Assembly: GCA_964492935.1 (NCBI GenBank)
Contig: CAZBLF010000004.1
Location: forward strand, 1 to 60,289
Direction: 5' to 3'
Source of the DNA: an uncultured Methanosarcinales archaeon
Lineage (GTDB): Archaea > Nanobdellota > Nanobdellia > Woesearchaeales > JACPBV01
DNA: 60,289 bases
The position numbers and the translations under genes are program-made. The notes under the pieces are model-generated. The model had not been told where the DNA came from, did not search any database, and saw only the letters and a program-made list of their open reading frames with translations. Of this stretch, positions 30,909 to 41,238 are shown one piece after another; position 1 is the first letter of the stretch; each line of letters starts with the position of its first letter.

Positions 30909-31796
30909 ATGCAAACAACAGATAAGATCTGGATGGACGGAAAGCTAGTACCTTGGCAAGACGCCAAAATCCACGCAGTTTCTCACGCCCTTCATTATGG
31001 CAGCAGCGTCTTCGAAGGAATCAGATGCTACAAAACAGAACAGGGCACAGCAATTTTCAAACTTAAAGAACACGTCGAAAGATTATTTCTGTCAGCAGAA
31101 ACTCTGCAAATGAAGGTACCGTTCTCCAAAGAGGAAATAGAACAAGCAATTAGAGAAACGGTAAAAGTAAATAAGCTAGAGGCAGGCTACATCCGCCCTT
31201 TAATTTTCTACGGCTACGGCAAGATGGGTCTAGATCCTGTAGGAGCACCCGTAAATGTACTGATTGCAGTCTGGCCCTGGGGAGCCTACCTAGGAAATGA
31301 AGCAGTTAAACTAAAGACCGCAGAAACAATAAGACTCCATCCAAAATCATTCAAACCCGAAGCAAAAGTAGGCGGATTCTATGTCAACTCCATCTACGCC
31401 CACCAGGAAGCAAAAAAAGCAGGCTTTGACGAAGCACTCATGCTGGACTACGAGGGCCACGTAGCGGAAGGACCAGGCGAGAACATCTTCATGATGAAAG
31501 ACAACAAGCTAATAACTGCAAAAACCGGATCCATCCTCCCAGGAATCACGAGAAGCACCATCCTACAAATAGCTAAAGACAACAATATCGAAACCGAGGA
31601 GCGCATCATAACTCCAGAAGAGCTCAAAGCTGCTGATGAAGTCTTTGTAGTAGGAACCGCAGCCGAAGTAACCCCCGTCAAGCAAATAGATGATACTATT
31701 CTCAACACCCACGAAAAAGCAGAGTTCTTCCGCACCACCTATCTCAACATCGTACAAGGAAAAGACGATACATACAAAGACTGGCTCACCTTCTGA
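30909..31796 (+). CDS. ilvE: Branched-chain amino acid aminotransferase
   Basis: HALHYGSSVFEGIR, AKVGGFYVNS, EGPGENIF, ILPGITR, GTAAEVTP motifs. Confidence 0.95.
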   Translation: MQTTDKIWMDGKLVPWQDAKIHAVSHALHYGSSVFEGIRCYKTEQGTAIFKLKEHVERLFLSAETLQMKVPFSKEEIEQAIRETVKVNKLEAGYIRPLIFYGYGKMGLDPVGAPVNVLIAVWPWGAYLGNEAVKLKTAETIRLHPKSFKPEAKVGGFYVNSIYAHQEAKKAGFDEALMLDYEGHVAEGPGENIFMMKDNKLITAKTGSILPGITRSTILQIAKDNNIETEERIITPEELKAADEVFVVGTAAEVTPVKQIDDTILNTHEKAEFFRTTYLNIVQGKDDTYKDWLTF

Positions 31797-31877
31797 AATC
31801 TAACAAGAATTCTGAAGATACTATCTACCTGCATTCTAATCAATATCTTTAAGTACCCCGTTCCCTAATAACACCCT

Positions 31878-32291
31878 ATGAACAAAGCACTTCTAGTTAT
31901 GAACATAGTAGCAGCGTTTGTAACCATTAACATTCTCATCGCCGAACCAAGTGTAACCGGCCACGCCGTAGCCGAAGATGACCTCTTCACCGTAAGCAAA
32001 CCAGTCAAATTAGCAGTGGTAGTCATCATCTTAACATTAATCGCAGACGTAGTAGTCTATGCAGCCGAACTTAAGAAAGCAGAACTTAAGAAATTAGGAT
32101 CCTCAATAAAAAGTAAAGTAGAAAAAAGCGTAAAGCTAGATATCAAGAGCCAAAAATCAAAAAAACAAGGAAAAATGCTCCGTCTACACACAACCAAGCC
32201 CCAGCCACGCAAGAAGACTGCCCCAAAGAAACCATCAAAAGCTAAAAAGAAAAAACCAAAAAAGAAAGTGGGAAGGCGCACCAAAAAATGA
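31878..32291 (+). CDS. Hypothetical 2-TM protein with VTGHAV motif and Lys-rich tail
   Basis: 137-aa ORF with an upstream TATA; its 3' end overlaps the SRP RNA 3' end in antisense. Confidence 0.65.
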   Translation: MNKALLVMNIVAAFVTINILIAEPSVTGHAVAEDDLFTVSKPVKLAVVVIILTLIADVVVYAAELKKAELKKLGSSIKSKVEKSVKLDIKSQKSKKQGKMLRLHTTKPQPRKKTAPKKPSKAKKKKPKKKVGRRTKK

Positions 32292-32542
32292 GCACAAACC
32301 TATACAGCTGGCTAACCTCAAAAGTTTCTCCACTCCGCTACCCGCAGAGCATCAACACAATAATTTAAGGCTGCTTCATTCCTGATCTCACCTGGTTCAC
32401 TAAAGCATTAATCCCTATGGACAGAGTTTCAACGTCACAGTTGAGACCAACCGCATAAGCAATGCCGCTTCTCCGGCTTCGACTCCTCTAAAGCGCGTTC
32501 AAGGTAACAGAAGAGCGCTACACTCCCAGCCTAGCCTTCCCA
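32269..32542 (-). ncRNA. ffs: Signal recognition particle RNA (Alu domain + helix 5 + helix 8, no helix 6)
   Basis: Minus strand: TGGGAAGGC/GCCTTCCCA closing helix; Alu hairpins with complementary loops AGCGC/GCGCT and TGTTA linker; long G-U-rich helix 5; GAACCAGGTGAGATCAGGAATGAAGCAGCC SRP54 site with GGAA tetraloop; TATA 22 nt upstream. Confidence 0.92.
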
Positions 32543-32563
32543 ACAACCAAAAACCAAACTTCT

Positions 32564-32578
32564 TTTTTAAAGCTTTAG
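32564..32578 (-). promoter_or_regulatory. BRE-TATA of the SRP RNA gene
   Basis: Minus strand CTAAAGC-TTTAAAAA about 22 nt before the predicted 5' end. Confidence 0.65.
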
Positions 32579-32585
32579 AATTGCA

Positions 32586-32745
32586 GTAACTGCTAACGGC
32601 ATAAAGTCAAAACTCCCTCATATCGAGAGAAAGCTCGTCACAGGGGTTGTTGCTGTTGCGAGAAGCTCACTTCTTGCTCGCTTCAAGGACGGGACGTAGA
32701 GCCATCAGTCCGAAGAGTAAGAGTTTTGAAGCCGTAAGCAGTTAC
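32586..32745. mobile_element. Hairpin/MITE-like element, long type, copy A
   Basis: GTAACTGCTAACGGC...GCCGTAAGCAGTTAC IR; inner TCAAAACTC/GAGTTTTGA; flanked by GAATTGCA / GAATTACA (7/8 direct repeat). Confidence 0.8.
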
Positions 32746-32756
32746 GAATTACAGCA

Positions 32757-35700
32757 CTACTTCTTTCTCTTCCCCAAATGCCGATGAACACGCATTCGAG
32801 TATAGTGATGCTTCGCATGCACATGCACATGCAACACATGACGCAAAGTCAAGCGCAGATAATGCCAAGGCCTCTTCCACAGTGCCTTAGGAGCACCCTC
32901 CATGAAGTGTCCAACATACAAGCGATGCATCCGATCATGAGCTTTCCGAGCAGCTTTAACATTACCTTTCTTCAGATGACCTCTAACCGTCTTCCGCAGC
33001 ATCTTCATCTTGAACAACGGATGATCAAATCGCATTACCCGTTTACGATGCCTCTTAACCCGCTTCCACAAGTACCGCTTGATAAAGAAGTTATGCTTCC
33101 CCGATTCAATCGTGGCATAATGTCTATTCAATTCCCGATACAACGCATGAGCCTCTTCAACACGCCTTTTCCGCGTGTAGTGCTTCAAAGACTTGTGCAC
33201 CTTCAAGAATCGAGCAAACTTCTTGTTGGTATGCACGAAACCAAAGAATGCCAATTTGTTCAGCAAGAATGCACCGATAATCATCAACAAGATCCTGAGT
33301 ACTTGTTTGGGAGTAATCGATTTAAACGAGAATCCATCGAAACAATCGATTGGACAATTCAATTCATCCTCTCCCTGTCCACACACACCGTTTCCACACT
33401 TACATCCCGTAGCGTCAAAGGTAGCATCATCCGAAATCCGCTGTCCCACCAAAATAAATCTATCCTTGCTCGAACAATCACCAATGTGAAGATCATAATA
33501 CAACGTATTTCCTACAGCAGTCTCCACACCAGAAGCGATAATTTCACGAGCAATAATCTTCTCAATTAATTTTCGTGAGACCTCCTCATCAATCAAACCG
33601 GTGTGAGTCACATTAATATCCCAATAATTGGTACATCTATTATTGATATACTCGTCTCCAATCCGCTGCGCACTCTTAATAGTGACCAACCCATCATGAG
33701 ATTGGTTTGTCGCCTCAATATCGAGCAAATTACCAAATTGCTGAGTATTCGTTCCCGCAATAACGAAATAATCAACTCCAGGCAATCGCGGACTAACAAG
33801 CCCCTCTTTCAGCACATCAATCAGCTGGTTATTGACGTTAAACAGGTTGTTATACTTACTGACTCTATTCACCAAGAACTTATACACTTTCAGATAATCT
33901 TCGAGGAAGGCAGCCCCCTCATTCGGAACACCCGCCAAAATAACTTTCTTCACCTTCGGGATAAAGGTATACTTCTGCGTAACATTATTCGCGACAAACG
34001 CATCATGCAACGTTTTCTGCGCCACAATCCCCCCTAGACTGTGTGCAGCAATGTACAAGTTATCAAATTCATCAACATTCAACTCAATACTATCCATCAG
34101 GTCCTGGGTAATATCTGCTATCGGGCGCGTACTACTATATCCATACGTCCACGCCTGGAATGGCTGCTCCGTCAACTCAATATCTGCAATGATATCCTCA
34201 AACGTATCCGGACTGCTCGTAAATCCGTGAACCAGCAACACAGCATCTCTAGTCGTCCCGTTATACACCTTCTCGAACGAACTATTCAGACAGAACTCAC
34301 AGATCGACCCCATAATAGCAAACAATCCTACGCTTTCATTGTCCAGATACTGTTCAATATCCTCAATTTCAGCCGTGACCGTTAGTGCATCCTGATCTAT
34401 TACCCCGCCCAACGGATTCCATTCATCGTTAGCACGAGCAAAGATCTGCAATCCCTCAACATCAATATTCTTAGTTTGCTCCTCCAAATACGACAAAGTC
34501 AACGTACTCGTGCTCGTATCCTCGATCCGTAGATGCGAAGGACTACCAATAATTTTCAGGAACTCATTCTTTGCCTCCTCAACAGTTTCATTTCGAGCAA
34601 CAAATTCAACCCCGTCAACCGTAACATTGCCCTCGCTCAGATTCACATCTACGGTTTCCTCTTCCAATTCCGAACGCTTAAACTTACCCGTCTCCGAGTC
34701 AAAGCACTCTAACCGAGAGGTCAAATTAATCAGCGAAGGAACACACACATCGCCCGTACATCTGAGCATCGTCAAGTTCACAAACTGTTCCGGAATACTG
34801 ACCGTGAAATCAATCTCATGCCCAGCACACTGAATGCGGAACGGATCCAATACCACCTGATAACCAAGAGGAACATCAGTCTCTTCAACAATAGATTGGA
34901 GGATACTAATATCGCTCCCTTTGCCTCCCGAAACACGCCTACACGGCAAGGTTGCAGCACTCAATTCAAGGCCGTATCGAGATCCCGGCGACGCCAACGA
35001 AATCGATGCAGCCGCAGCAGCCGCAGCAGCCGCAGGTGCTGCAGCCGCAGCAGGAGCGGGAGCAGCACTATATGCTATAGGACAACTTCCACAATCCGTT
35101 CCACAACCACTACACGTCTCAGCACCATTACAGGAACCATCTCCACACCAATCACAATCAGCCTTACAACTCGTCGCCTCACTCGCACCACAGTATCCAT
35201 CTCCACAGTACAAGGAAGCACCCACGTCAACATAAATCTCCTCCGATAAGTTATATTCAGAATCATTGAACGTTACCGTCATAAAGACAGCATCAGTATA
35301 ATCTAAAGCAGGAGTAAAGGTAGCAATCGAGGTAGTCTGATTAATCACCACACTCACCGTGCTCGAACTATTGCCTGTAATATTGAACGACAGCACATCA
35401 CCATCCGGATCCGCGTAATACTGTGTCAAGGTAATAGATTTAGCAGTATTCTCCCCTACACTAAGCGTTAGCAAACTGTTATTTACAAAAGGAGGACTAT
35501 TCAAGATCGTCAACGTCTCACTAAATGCTGGCGTCCCATTATCAAACGTATCGTCAGCCGTCGCCGAAACATTAACCAGATCTCCCTTCGAGAAATTCTC
35601 CGCATTAAACGTACCACTAATAGCAAAGCTACTCTGTGTCAACGAATCAAACGTCTCATTAAACACCGGAATACTATTCACATACCAGGTAAAGGTAATA

Positions 35701-38700
35701 CTTCCGCCATCTCCATCATCATCCGAGTAATTCGCCTGTACCCAAAGATCATCTACCGACCTCACATTCGAGTCATTCAACGTCACATTATCCGCAAACG
35801 GAGGACTATTCACCACTGTAATATTGACACTTGAAATCTCTGGAGAAACTCCTTCCTGACTATCTGTGGCAAAAGCACCAACACGCAGCACATCACCTCG
35901 GGAGTAGAGTGAACCGGTAAAGTTAGCTATAGCAGTACCGCCAGTCAAAATACGAGTTGCCGTTTCAAAGTAGGCTGCCTCATTAACATAGAGAATAAAG
36001 TTAACATTCGATATATCTCCATCCGGATCCGTAGTAGTTACGTTAGCACCAACAACATCCTTCGCCTTCACCTGCGTGTTATTCAATAAGGGAGTGCCTA
36101 CAGAGGGATATCCATTCGTAATGGTAGTATCATCACTCCAGTACGTATCCGAGAGTGCACCATCCGTATCATTCGCAACAATAGTCACATTAATCTCAGC
36201 ATTCCGAGTGTAATTGCCAATAGTAAGGTTAGACATCACCCGCGTCCCATTTGTAAGGTTGTAAAAGCTCTGATTAAAGATTGCAGTAGCATTCAGATAC
36301 CAGGTAAACGTCAAACTTCCATTATCCCCATCATTATCAAAGAACGTCGCATTGAGGGAGACATTCTCAGAGGAGTTAAATGTATTCATAGGATAATCCG
36401 CAAACGAGAATGAAATATTATTTACCAGAGGAGGACCATTCGCAACCGTCAACGTCAGACTAGTAATCGTAGTATTGTCCTCAGTATCATTAGCCACCAC
36501 CGTCACATTAATCTTATCATTCTTCTTGAACCCTCCAGTAGTAAGAGTAGAGAATATATTCGCACCATTTCCATCTAAGGAAAGGAATTGCTCCGACCTC
36601 ACGACAACATTATTGATCTTCCAATAGAGGGTAGCCGTACCCGTATCACCGGCATCATAATCGGAAAAGTTCGCCTCCACATACAAATGATCATTCGAAT
36701 TAGGAGCACTATTGTTAATTCCAGGTACACTCACATTAGAAGGCGTATTCACCACAGTAGCATTACTACCCTCGATAGCCGTAGAAATACCACTAGCCAC
36801 ATCAGTAGCATACGCAAACGAAACTATGGTACTAGCCTTCATATAGGTACCGTACGTAAAGTTAACCACCACCACACTCCCCGACACCACGTTAAAGACC
36901 GTCCTATTCTCTACAAGAGCACCAGCACTGAGAAGATACATAGTAACGTTCCCCACGTCCCCATCAATATCTGTATACGTCGTGTTCGCAGTCACATTCG
37001 AACGAGAGATAGTCGATGAAGTATTGAGGAATGGCGCAGTCACAACCGGAGGACCATTCGCAACCGTCAAACTCTGACTATTCGAAACATCTGTATTTGT
37101 AGAACTATCATTAGCATACACCGAGAAGTTAATGACCTGTCCTTTCGTCAAATTGGTACGCGACAAGTTCGATCGAGCAATAGTATCGCTCAAGACACGA
37201 TGGATAGTCTCATTATAGATAGGAACATTGTTCAGATACCAGGTGAAATGCACACTTCCATTATCTCCATTAGCATCCGTAAATGTTGCATTCCCATACA
37301 AGTCATCATGCGTTGTAATAGTAATGGTATTATTCAAAGTAACATTAGCAAGCGTAGGAGCAATATTGCTTCCGGAAACAACACAAGAACCGCTGGAGCA
37401 GGTACCATACGTAGGATCAAAGTCCCCATTATTCAAGGTAGCGTCACACGGATCGCCCTCACTACAACCACCAGAACACCCATCCGCAGTGATAGCCCCT
37501 GTCGAATTACACAAATGCCCCGAAGTCTTACAACTAGATCCATCACACTGTCCATCCTGGATGAAACCACTTCCATTCACACTACTATCACACGAAATCC
37601 CTCCAAGACCGCTACAATCACTCACCAAGTTAGCAATGGTAATATCACTCACCGCACACGCCTCCAACTTACAACTCATATATAATGAGCTAGCCACCGT
37701 ACAAACCGAATTCTCACAGATACCCGTACCGTTAGGCTGGTAACCATGCGCAGTAGAGTCTGCACAAACCATCCCTTCATTTCCATCGCCACACGTACCA
37801 TTTTCATTGCCTGAGTGGAAATTAACCGCGGTACCTCCAGTCAAATTAGTATTATATTCTCCTGATACAGCATTCTCGCTACATTGCGCCGCAGTAGCCG
37901 AATCCCGAGCACAAACACCTTTTACCGTATTAGGACCTCCAATATCATAAAAATCACAACTCGCCCCGATATGATCAATACATTCAGTGTTATTGTGACA
38001 TCTATCCGCAGTACTAATCTGGTTATCTGCACTCAGATCAATACAGGTATTAGTCGAATTCGGATCGCCACTCATCGAGGTATTTTCATAACATCCCTCT
38101 CCCCAATTTCCTCCGATACTCAACCTACAAGCAATCCCACTAGCACTATTCTGCGCCATCGACGTAATATTGCCAAACATAATATTCTGGTAATGCCGGC
38201 CAGCAGTAATCACATCAACCGTATGCCGCGCAGTAGCGTTACACGAATAATCTAGGAACGAGTACCCTGCAACCGCATACACCCTATCTACCGAATCAGC
38301 CAACGTCACTAAACTACCATTCTCCAACAACAAGTAACTATTTGCAGACGAGAAATTATTGATCCGATCGAACAACACATCCTCCCCACATCTCAACGTC
38401 TTCAATTTCAAATCATCAGAAGTATAAGGATTGTCATCCGTCATCTCCCGATACCGCGTACCATTAACCGTAAAGATCGTCAAGTTCGCATTACCACTAG
38501 TTTCAAACTTAACCGTCCACTCCCCACCTAATGCAGGATAGCTCTGTACATTGAGTATCGTCAAACTAATCTCATACGTCTGATTCGACAGGTGTGGCAC
38601 AACCCATTCAATCTCATCCACCAATCCATTCGCATTTCTATCAACCGCAACAAAGCTAACCTCCTCTCTCCCACCATCAGTAATCCACTCCAATTTGATA

Positions 38701-40739
38701 TTCCCTTCCTCTATTTCCTCTGGCAAGCTAGAGTAAGCCAAAATGTTCTCATAATGCACATCCGAACTAATCACGACCTCCTTCGTAGTGTTCGTCAACA
38801 TCCTCTCTTTTGCAGTCGGAGCCTCAGTGTAATATTCAATAGCAACCACCTGAGCAACCTCACCAATAATAATTTCAGCCACATCAGATTCATCCGAGTT
38901 GTCAGCTACCACAAATCCAGTAATTGCAACCTCTTTCAACCACGCGAAGAACCTAGGCAACAACCCATCACCCACCGTACTTGCAACAACAAACCCAGTC
39001 AACTCATTCCGCTCATTCCTCAACGCAAGCAACTCACGATTAATGTCTCCAACCGACCCAATCGCAGTCGGATCATCCCTAATAATCTCCAATTTCTCAC
39101 CAGCCAATCGATCCTCTATCTTTTCAATATGATCAATCCGCTTCTCAGCCCGGAACACGCTCAAATTCTTGACACGACCCTCATCCCTAACAACTGCATC
39201 CAAGCTCGCATTATCCTCAAGATCAACCACCGAAATATTCAAAATGTTCGAACTAATGTTGACGCTCAAGTTAAGCGCCAAGTCCGATGCATTCACGACA
39301 GTCACCCAACGCACTGGCTCATTCAATCTAACTCGAGGGACATCCGTAACAACCTCTACCAAAACCTCATCCATACTTGCAGGTTTTTCAACCACATCAA
39401 TCCACACAACAGGGGAAGTAGCAGAATAATGACCATCAGTCGCCGTAAAGAACAATGCACCTTTGCCAATCTCATCAGCAACCACCGTAACCAATCCATC
39501 ATCAACACGAGCATCCACAACCCCATCTACATCTACAGAATAATTCAAAGCATCTCCATCCGCATCCGTAAAGTAATCTGACAACACAATGTACTGAGTA
39601 TCGCCAACAAACCACGTCTTGTTCGAGAAGTTCTGTACCAGTACCGGAGCGTTCCGACTAATGGTGAATTCCTGCAGCACCGAATACTGTACCGAGTCCA
39701 AATCTAAAGTACCAGCATCCACCTCAACCCTAAAGTTAATCTCGCTAGCATTAACCGAGAGCAAGCAACTCTCAATACATCTATCCGTAAAGGAAATTCT
39801 ACGTTCAATAAATTCAGCCGTGCTTTCCACAACAGCAGAATACCGAATATCGCTTGTAACTTCCTCAAGATCCAGAGCATAATGCACCAATCGCGCACCA
39901 ATCGTATTAACATCATCCAACACATATCTATCCGCAGTCAGATAGAACGGAGCATCCCATGTTCCCCTTCCCTCAAGACCAATAAAGCCACAACAATCAA
40001 CCGCTCCCTGACAGGCAACCGCCTTACTATTAACACTCCACACACTACATAATCTTTCCTCATCCACCACACTTGTAGTAGCAACAGAGTACTCCAAGAA
40101 TTCATCCGTATGCGCCACTAGACTATCGGGCACAAGCAAACTAACATCCAGCGAAGCATTCTCCACCACCACAGAATCATTCCCCTCTACCGAGACATTA
40201 TCCTCGGCAACAACCAAGCCAGTAATTAACGCTAAACCAGCTTGCGCACTATCATAGACCAGATACGAGCTATTGCCTAGGTCTGCATACACTCGTGCAA
40301 TACCCTCCTGACTCAAGCTTCCACTCAAACTCAAACTACTCAAGCTTCCCGAATGCAGCAACTCAAACGCATAACTAGCATTACCACTAAACCGCTCTCC
40401 AATTGCCTCCTCAAATCCAACCTGCTCACTTATGGTTACAAAACCAACAAACGGAGTCACAAAAGCAAACAGACTCAAAGCAATCATCACTAATAAGATG
40501 GGAACAATCCGAGCAACCTCCTGTTTTTGCTCTCTCTTCAATCTACTCGCAAACAACTGCTTCCACTCCAATCGAGAACGATCATACACCTGCTCCCGCA
40601 TCAACGTGCGATAGGTATGCGGAGTTATCTCCCGGTTCCGATACTCGCGCTCAATACTAGTAATATCCTTACCGATCGCCTTCCGCATATCAGCCAAGCT
40701 ACACGAATCTACATTCTTCATCCGATAGCTATCTGACAT
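32757..40739 (-). CDS. Giant surface protein (2660 aa): N-terminal TM, Ig/cadherin-like repeats, Cys-rich regions, alpha/beta-hydrolase domain, C-terminal TM and basic tail
   Basis: Repeated D.DGD...F.WY.N modules, CGDG.C/CGNGVC repeats, HGFTSS + AHSLGG + HDGLV + THTGL, and very many N-x-S/T sequons. Confidence 0.85.
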   Translation of the reverse strand: MSDSYRMKNVDSCSLADMRKAIGKDITSIEREYRNREITPHTYRTLMREQVYDRSRLEWKQLFASRLKREQKQEVARIVPILLVMIALSLFAFVTPFVGFVTISEQVGFEEAIGERFSGNASYAFELLHSGSLSSLSLSGSLSQEGIARVYADLGNSSYLVYDSAQAGLALITGLVVAEDNVSVEGNDSVVVENASLDVSLLVPDSLVAHTDEFLEYSVATTSVVDEERLCSVWSVNSKAVACQGAVDCCGFIGLEGRGTWDAPFYLTADRYVLDDVNTIGARLVHYALDLEEVTSDIRYSAVVESTAEFIERRISFTDRCIESCLLSVNASEINFRVEVDAGTLDLDSVQYSVLQEFTISRNAPVLVQNFSNKTWFVGDTQYIVLSDYFTDADGDALNYSVDVDGVVDARVDDGLVTVVADEIGKGALFFTATDGHYSATSPVVWIDVVEKPASMDEVLVEVVTDVPRVRLNEPVRWVTVVNASDLALNLSVNISSNILNISVVDLEDNASLDAVVRDEGRVKNLSVFRAEKRIDHIEKIEDRLAGEKLEIIRDDPTAIGSVGDINRELLALRNERNELTGFVVASTVGDGLLPRFFAWLKEVAITGFVVADNSDESDVAEIIIGEVAQVVAIEYYTEAPTAKERMLTNTTKEVVISSDVHYENILAYSSLPEEIEEGNIKLEWITDGGREEVSFVAVDRNANGLVDEIEWVVPHLSNQTYEISLTILNVQSYPALGGEWTVKFETSGNANLTIFTVNGTRYREMTDDNPYTSDDLKLKTLRCGEDVLFDRINNFSSANSYLLLENGSLVTLADSVDRVYAVAGYSFLDYSCNATARHTVDVITAGRHYQNIMFGNITSMAQNSASGIACRLSIGGNWGEGCYENTSMSGDPNSTNTCIDLSADNQISTADRCHNNTECIDHIGASCDFYDIGGPNTVKGVCARDSATAAQCSENAVSGEYNTNLTGGTAVNFHSGNENGTCGDGNEGMVCADSTAHGYQPNGTGICENSVCTVASSLYMSCKLEACAVSDITIANLVSDCSGLGGISCDSSVNGSGFIQDGQCDGSSCKTSGHLCNSTGAITADGCSGGCSEGDPCDATLNNGDFDPTYGTCSSGSCVVSGSNIAPTLANVTLNNTITITTHDDLYGNATFTDANGDNGSVHFTWYLNNVPIYNETIHRVLSDTIARSNLSRTNLTKGQVINFSVYANDSSTNTDVSNSQSLTVANGPPVVTAPFLNTSSTISRSNVTANTTYTDIDGDVGNVTMYLLSAGALVENRTVFNVVSGSVVVVNFTYGTYMKASTIVSFAYATDVASGISTAIEGSNATVVNTPSNVSVPGINNSAPNSNDHLYVEANFSDYDAGDTGTATLYWKINNVVVRSEQFLSLDGNGANIFSTLTTGGFKKNDKINVTVVANDTEDNTTITSLTLTVANGPPLVNNISFSFADYPMNTFNSSENVSLNATFFDNDGDNGSLTFTWYLNATAIFNQSFYNLTNGTRVMSNLTIGNYTRNAEINVTIVANDTDGALSDTYWSDDTTITNGYPSVGTPLLNNTQVKAKDVVGANVTTTDPDGDISNVNFILYVNEAAYFETATRILTGGTAIANFTGSLYSRGDVLRVGAFATDSQEGVSPEISSVNITVVNSPPFADNVTLNDSNVRSVDDLWVQANYSDDDGDGGSITFTWYVNSIPVFNETFDSLTQSSFAISGTFNAENFSKGDLVNVSATADDTFDNGTPAFSETLTILNSPPFVNNSLLTLSVGENTAKSITLTQYYADPDGDVLSFNITGNSSSTVSVVINQTTSIATFTPALDYTDAVFMTVTFNDSEYNLSEEIYVDVGASLYCGDGYCGASEATSCKADCDWCGDGSCNGAETCSGCGTDCGSCPIAYSAAPAPAAAAAPAAAAAAAAASISLASPGSRYGLELSAATLPCRRVSGGKGSDISILQSIVEETDVPLGYQVVLDPFRIQCAGHEIDFTVSIPEQFVNLTMLRCTGDVCVPSLINLTSRLECFDSETGKFKRSELEEETVDVNLSEGNVTVDGVEFVARNETVEEAKNEFLKIIGSPSHLRIEDTSTSTLTLSYLEEQTKNIDVEGLQIFARANDEWNPLGGVIDQDALTVTAEIEDIEQYLDNESVGLFAIMGSICEFCLNSSFEKVYNGTTRDAVLLVHGFTSSPDTFEDIIADIELTEQPFQAWTYGYSSTRPIADITQDLMDSIELNVDEFDNLYIAAHSLGGIVAQKTLHDAFVANNVTQKYTFIPKVKKVILAGVPNEGAAFLEDYLKVYKFLVNRVSKYNNLFNVNNQLIDVLKEGLVSPRLPGVDYFVIAGTNTQQFGNLLDIEATNQSHDGLVTIKSAQRIGDEYINNRCTNYWDINVTHTGLIDEEVSRKLIEKIIAREIIASGVETAVGNTLYYDLHIGDCSSKDRFILVGQRISDDATFDATGCKCGNGVCGQGEDELNCPIDCFDGFSFKSITPKQVLRILLMIIGAFLLNKLAFFGFVHTNKKFARFLKVHKSLKHYTRKRRVEEAHALYRELNRHYATIESGKHNFFIKRYLWKRVKRHRKRVMRFDHPLFKMKMLRKTVRGHLKKGNVKAARKAHDRMHRLYVGHFMEGAPKALWKRPWHYLRLTLRHVLHVHVHAKHHYTRMRVHRHLGKRKK

Positions 40740-41025
40740 GCCTCACCTTTTTCTTCGCCTTACTATATGCCGTCCACACCGTCTTGTAATCTCGGTGCAG
40801 CACCTTTGCCATCTCCGCAAACGTCAGTCCCTGTTCATCACGTAAGTACAGACACACCGCCTCCTGCATCCCCAATTCCTTCCTAAACACAGAAACAGGA
40901 ACGCTCTTCTCATTGCTACCAACTAATTCAGAAAGTAATTCGGGATGCTCAATCAACTGCTCCTTAAGCTTCCCCAGTAAGACATCAATCGCCGCTATCT
41001 GACGATCACGCACCTTATCTGCCAT
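40729..41025 (-). CDS. Small HTH protein (paralog 2)
   Basis: LTFAEMAKVLHRDYKTVWTAY HTH; overlaps the start of the giant gene. Confidence 0.75.
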   Translation of the reverse strand: MADKVRDRQIAAIDVLLGKLKEQLIEHPELLSELVGSNEKSVPVSVFRKELGMQEAVCLYLRDEQGLTFAEMAKVLHRDYKTVWTAYSKAKKKVRHVR

Positions 41026-41238
41026 CCTTCACCTTGGCATACTTCACACTGCCATCCTTCACCTTGGCATACTTCACACTGCCATCCTTCACCCTGGCAT
41101 TCTTATTCGCCGTCCACACCGTCTTGTAATCACGCTTAACAATCGTAGAAATTTCACCAAACGATTTACCTTTCTTAACTAAAGAGCGACACACCGCCTC
41201 CTGCATCCCCAATTCCTTCCTAAACACAGAAACAGGAA
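40851..41238. repeat. 51-bp exact direct repeat (40851-40901 = 41188-41238); a second 23-bp exact repeat lies at 40769-40791 = 41109-41131
   Basis: Direct comparison of the two HTH genes. Confidence 0.9.

Noticed and set aside
31800..31825. CAAGAATTCTGAAGATACT resembling hairpin-element arm or flank sequence
   Set aside because: Short match with no partner arm; could be chance or an unrecognisable remnant.
32586..32745. Hairpin elements as integron attC sites
   Set aside because: No consistent RYYYAAC/GTTRRRY core across copies, no cassette array and no integrase; the direct-repeat flanks fit transposition better.
32291..32757. tRNA or RNase P RNA in the large intergenic gap
   Set aside because: No cloverleaf/T-loop or RNase P P4 motifs; the gap is explained by the SRP RNA plus hairpin element A.
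32778..40736. Many long plus-strand ORFs antisense to the giant gene (and similar shadows elsewhere)
   Set aside because: These are shadow ORFs favoured by the T/G-poor + strand, which has few stop codons; they show no recognisable motifs.
41019..41100. CRISPR array
   Set aside because: Head-to-tail 30-bp units with no spacers, inside a CDS, and no cas genes.
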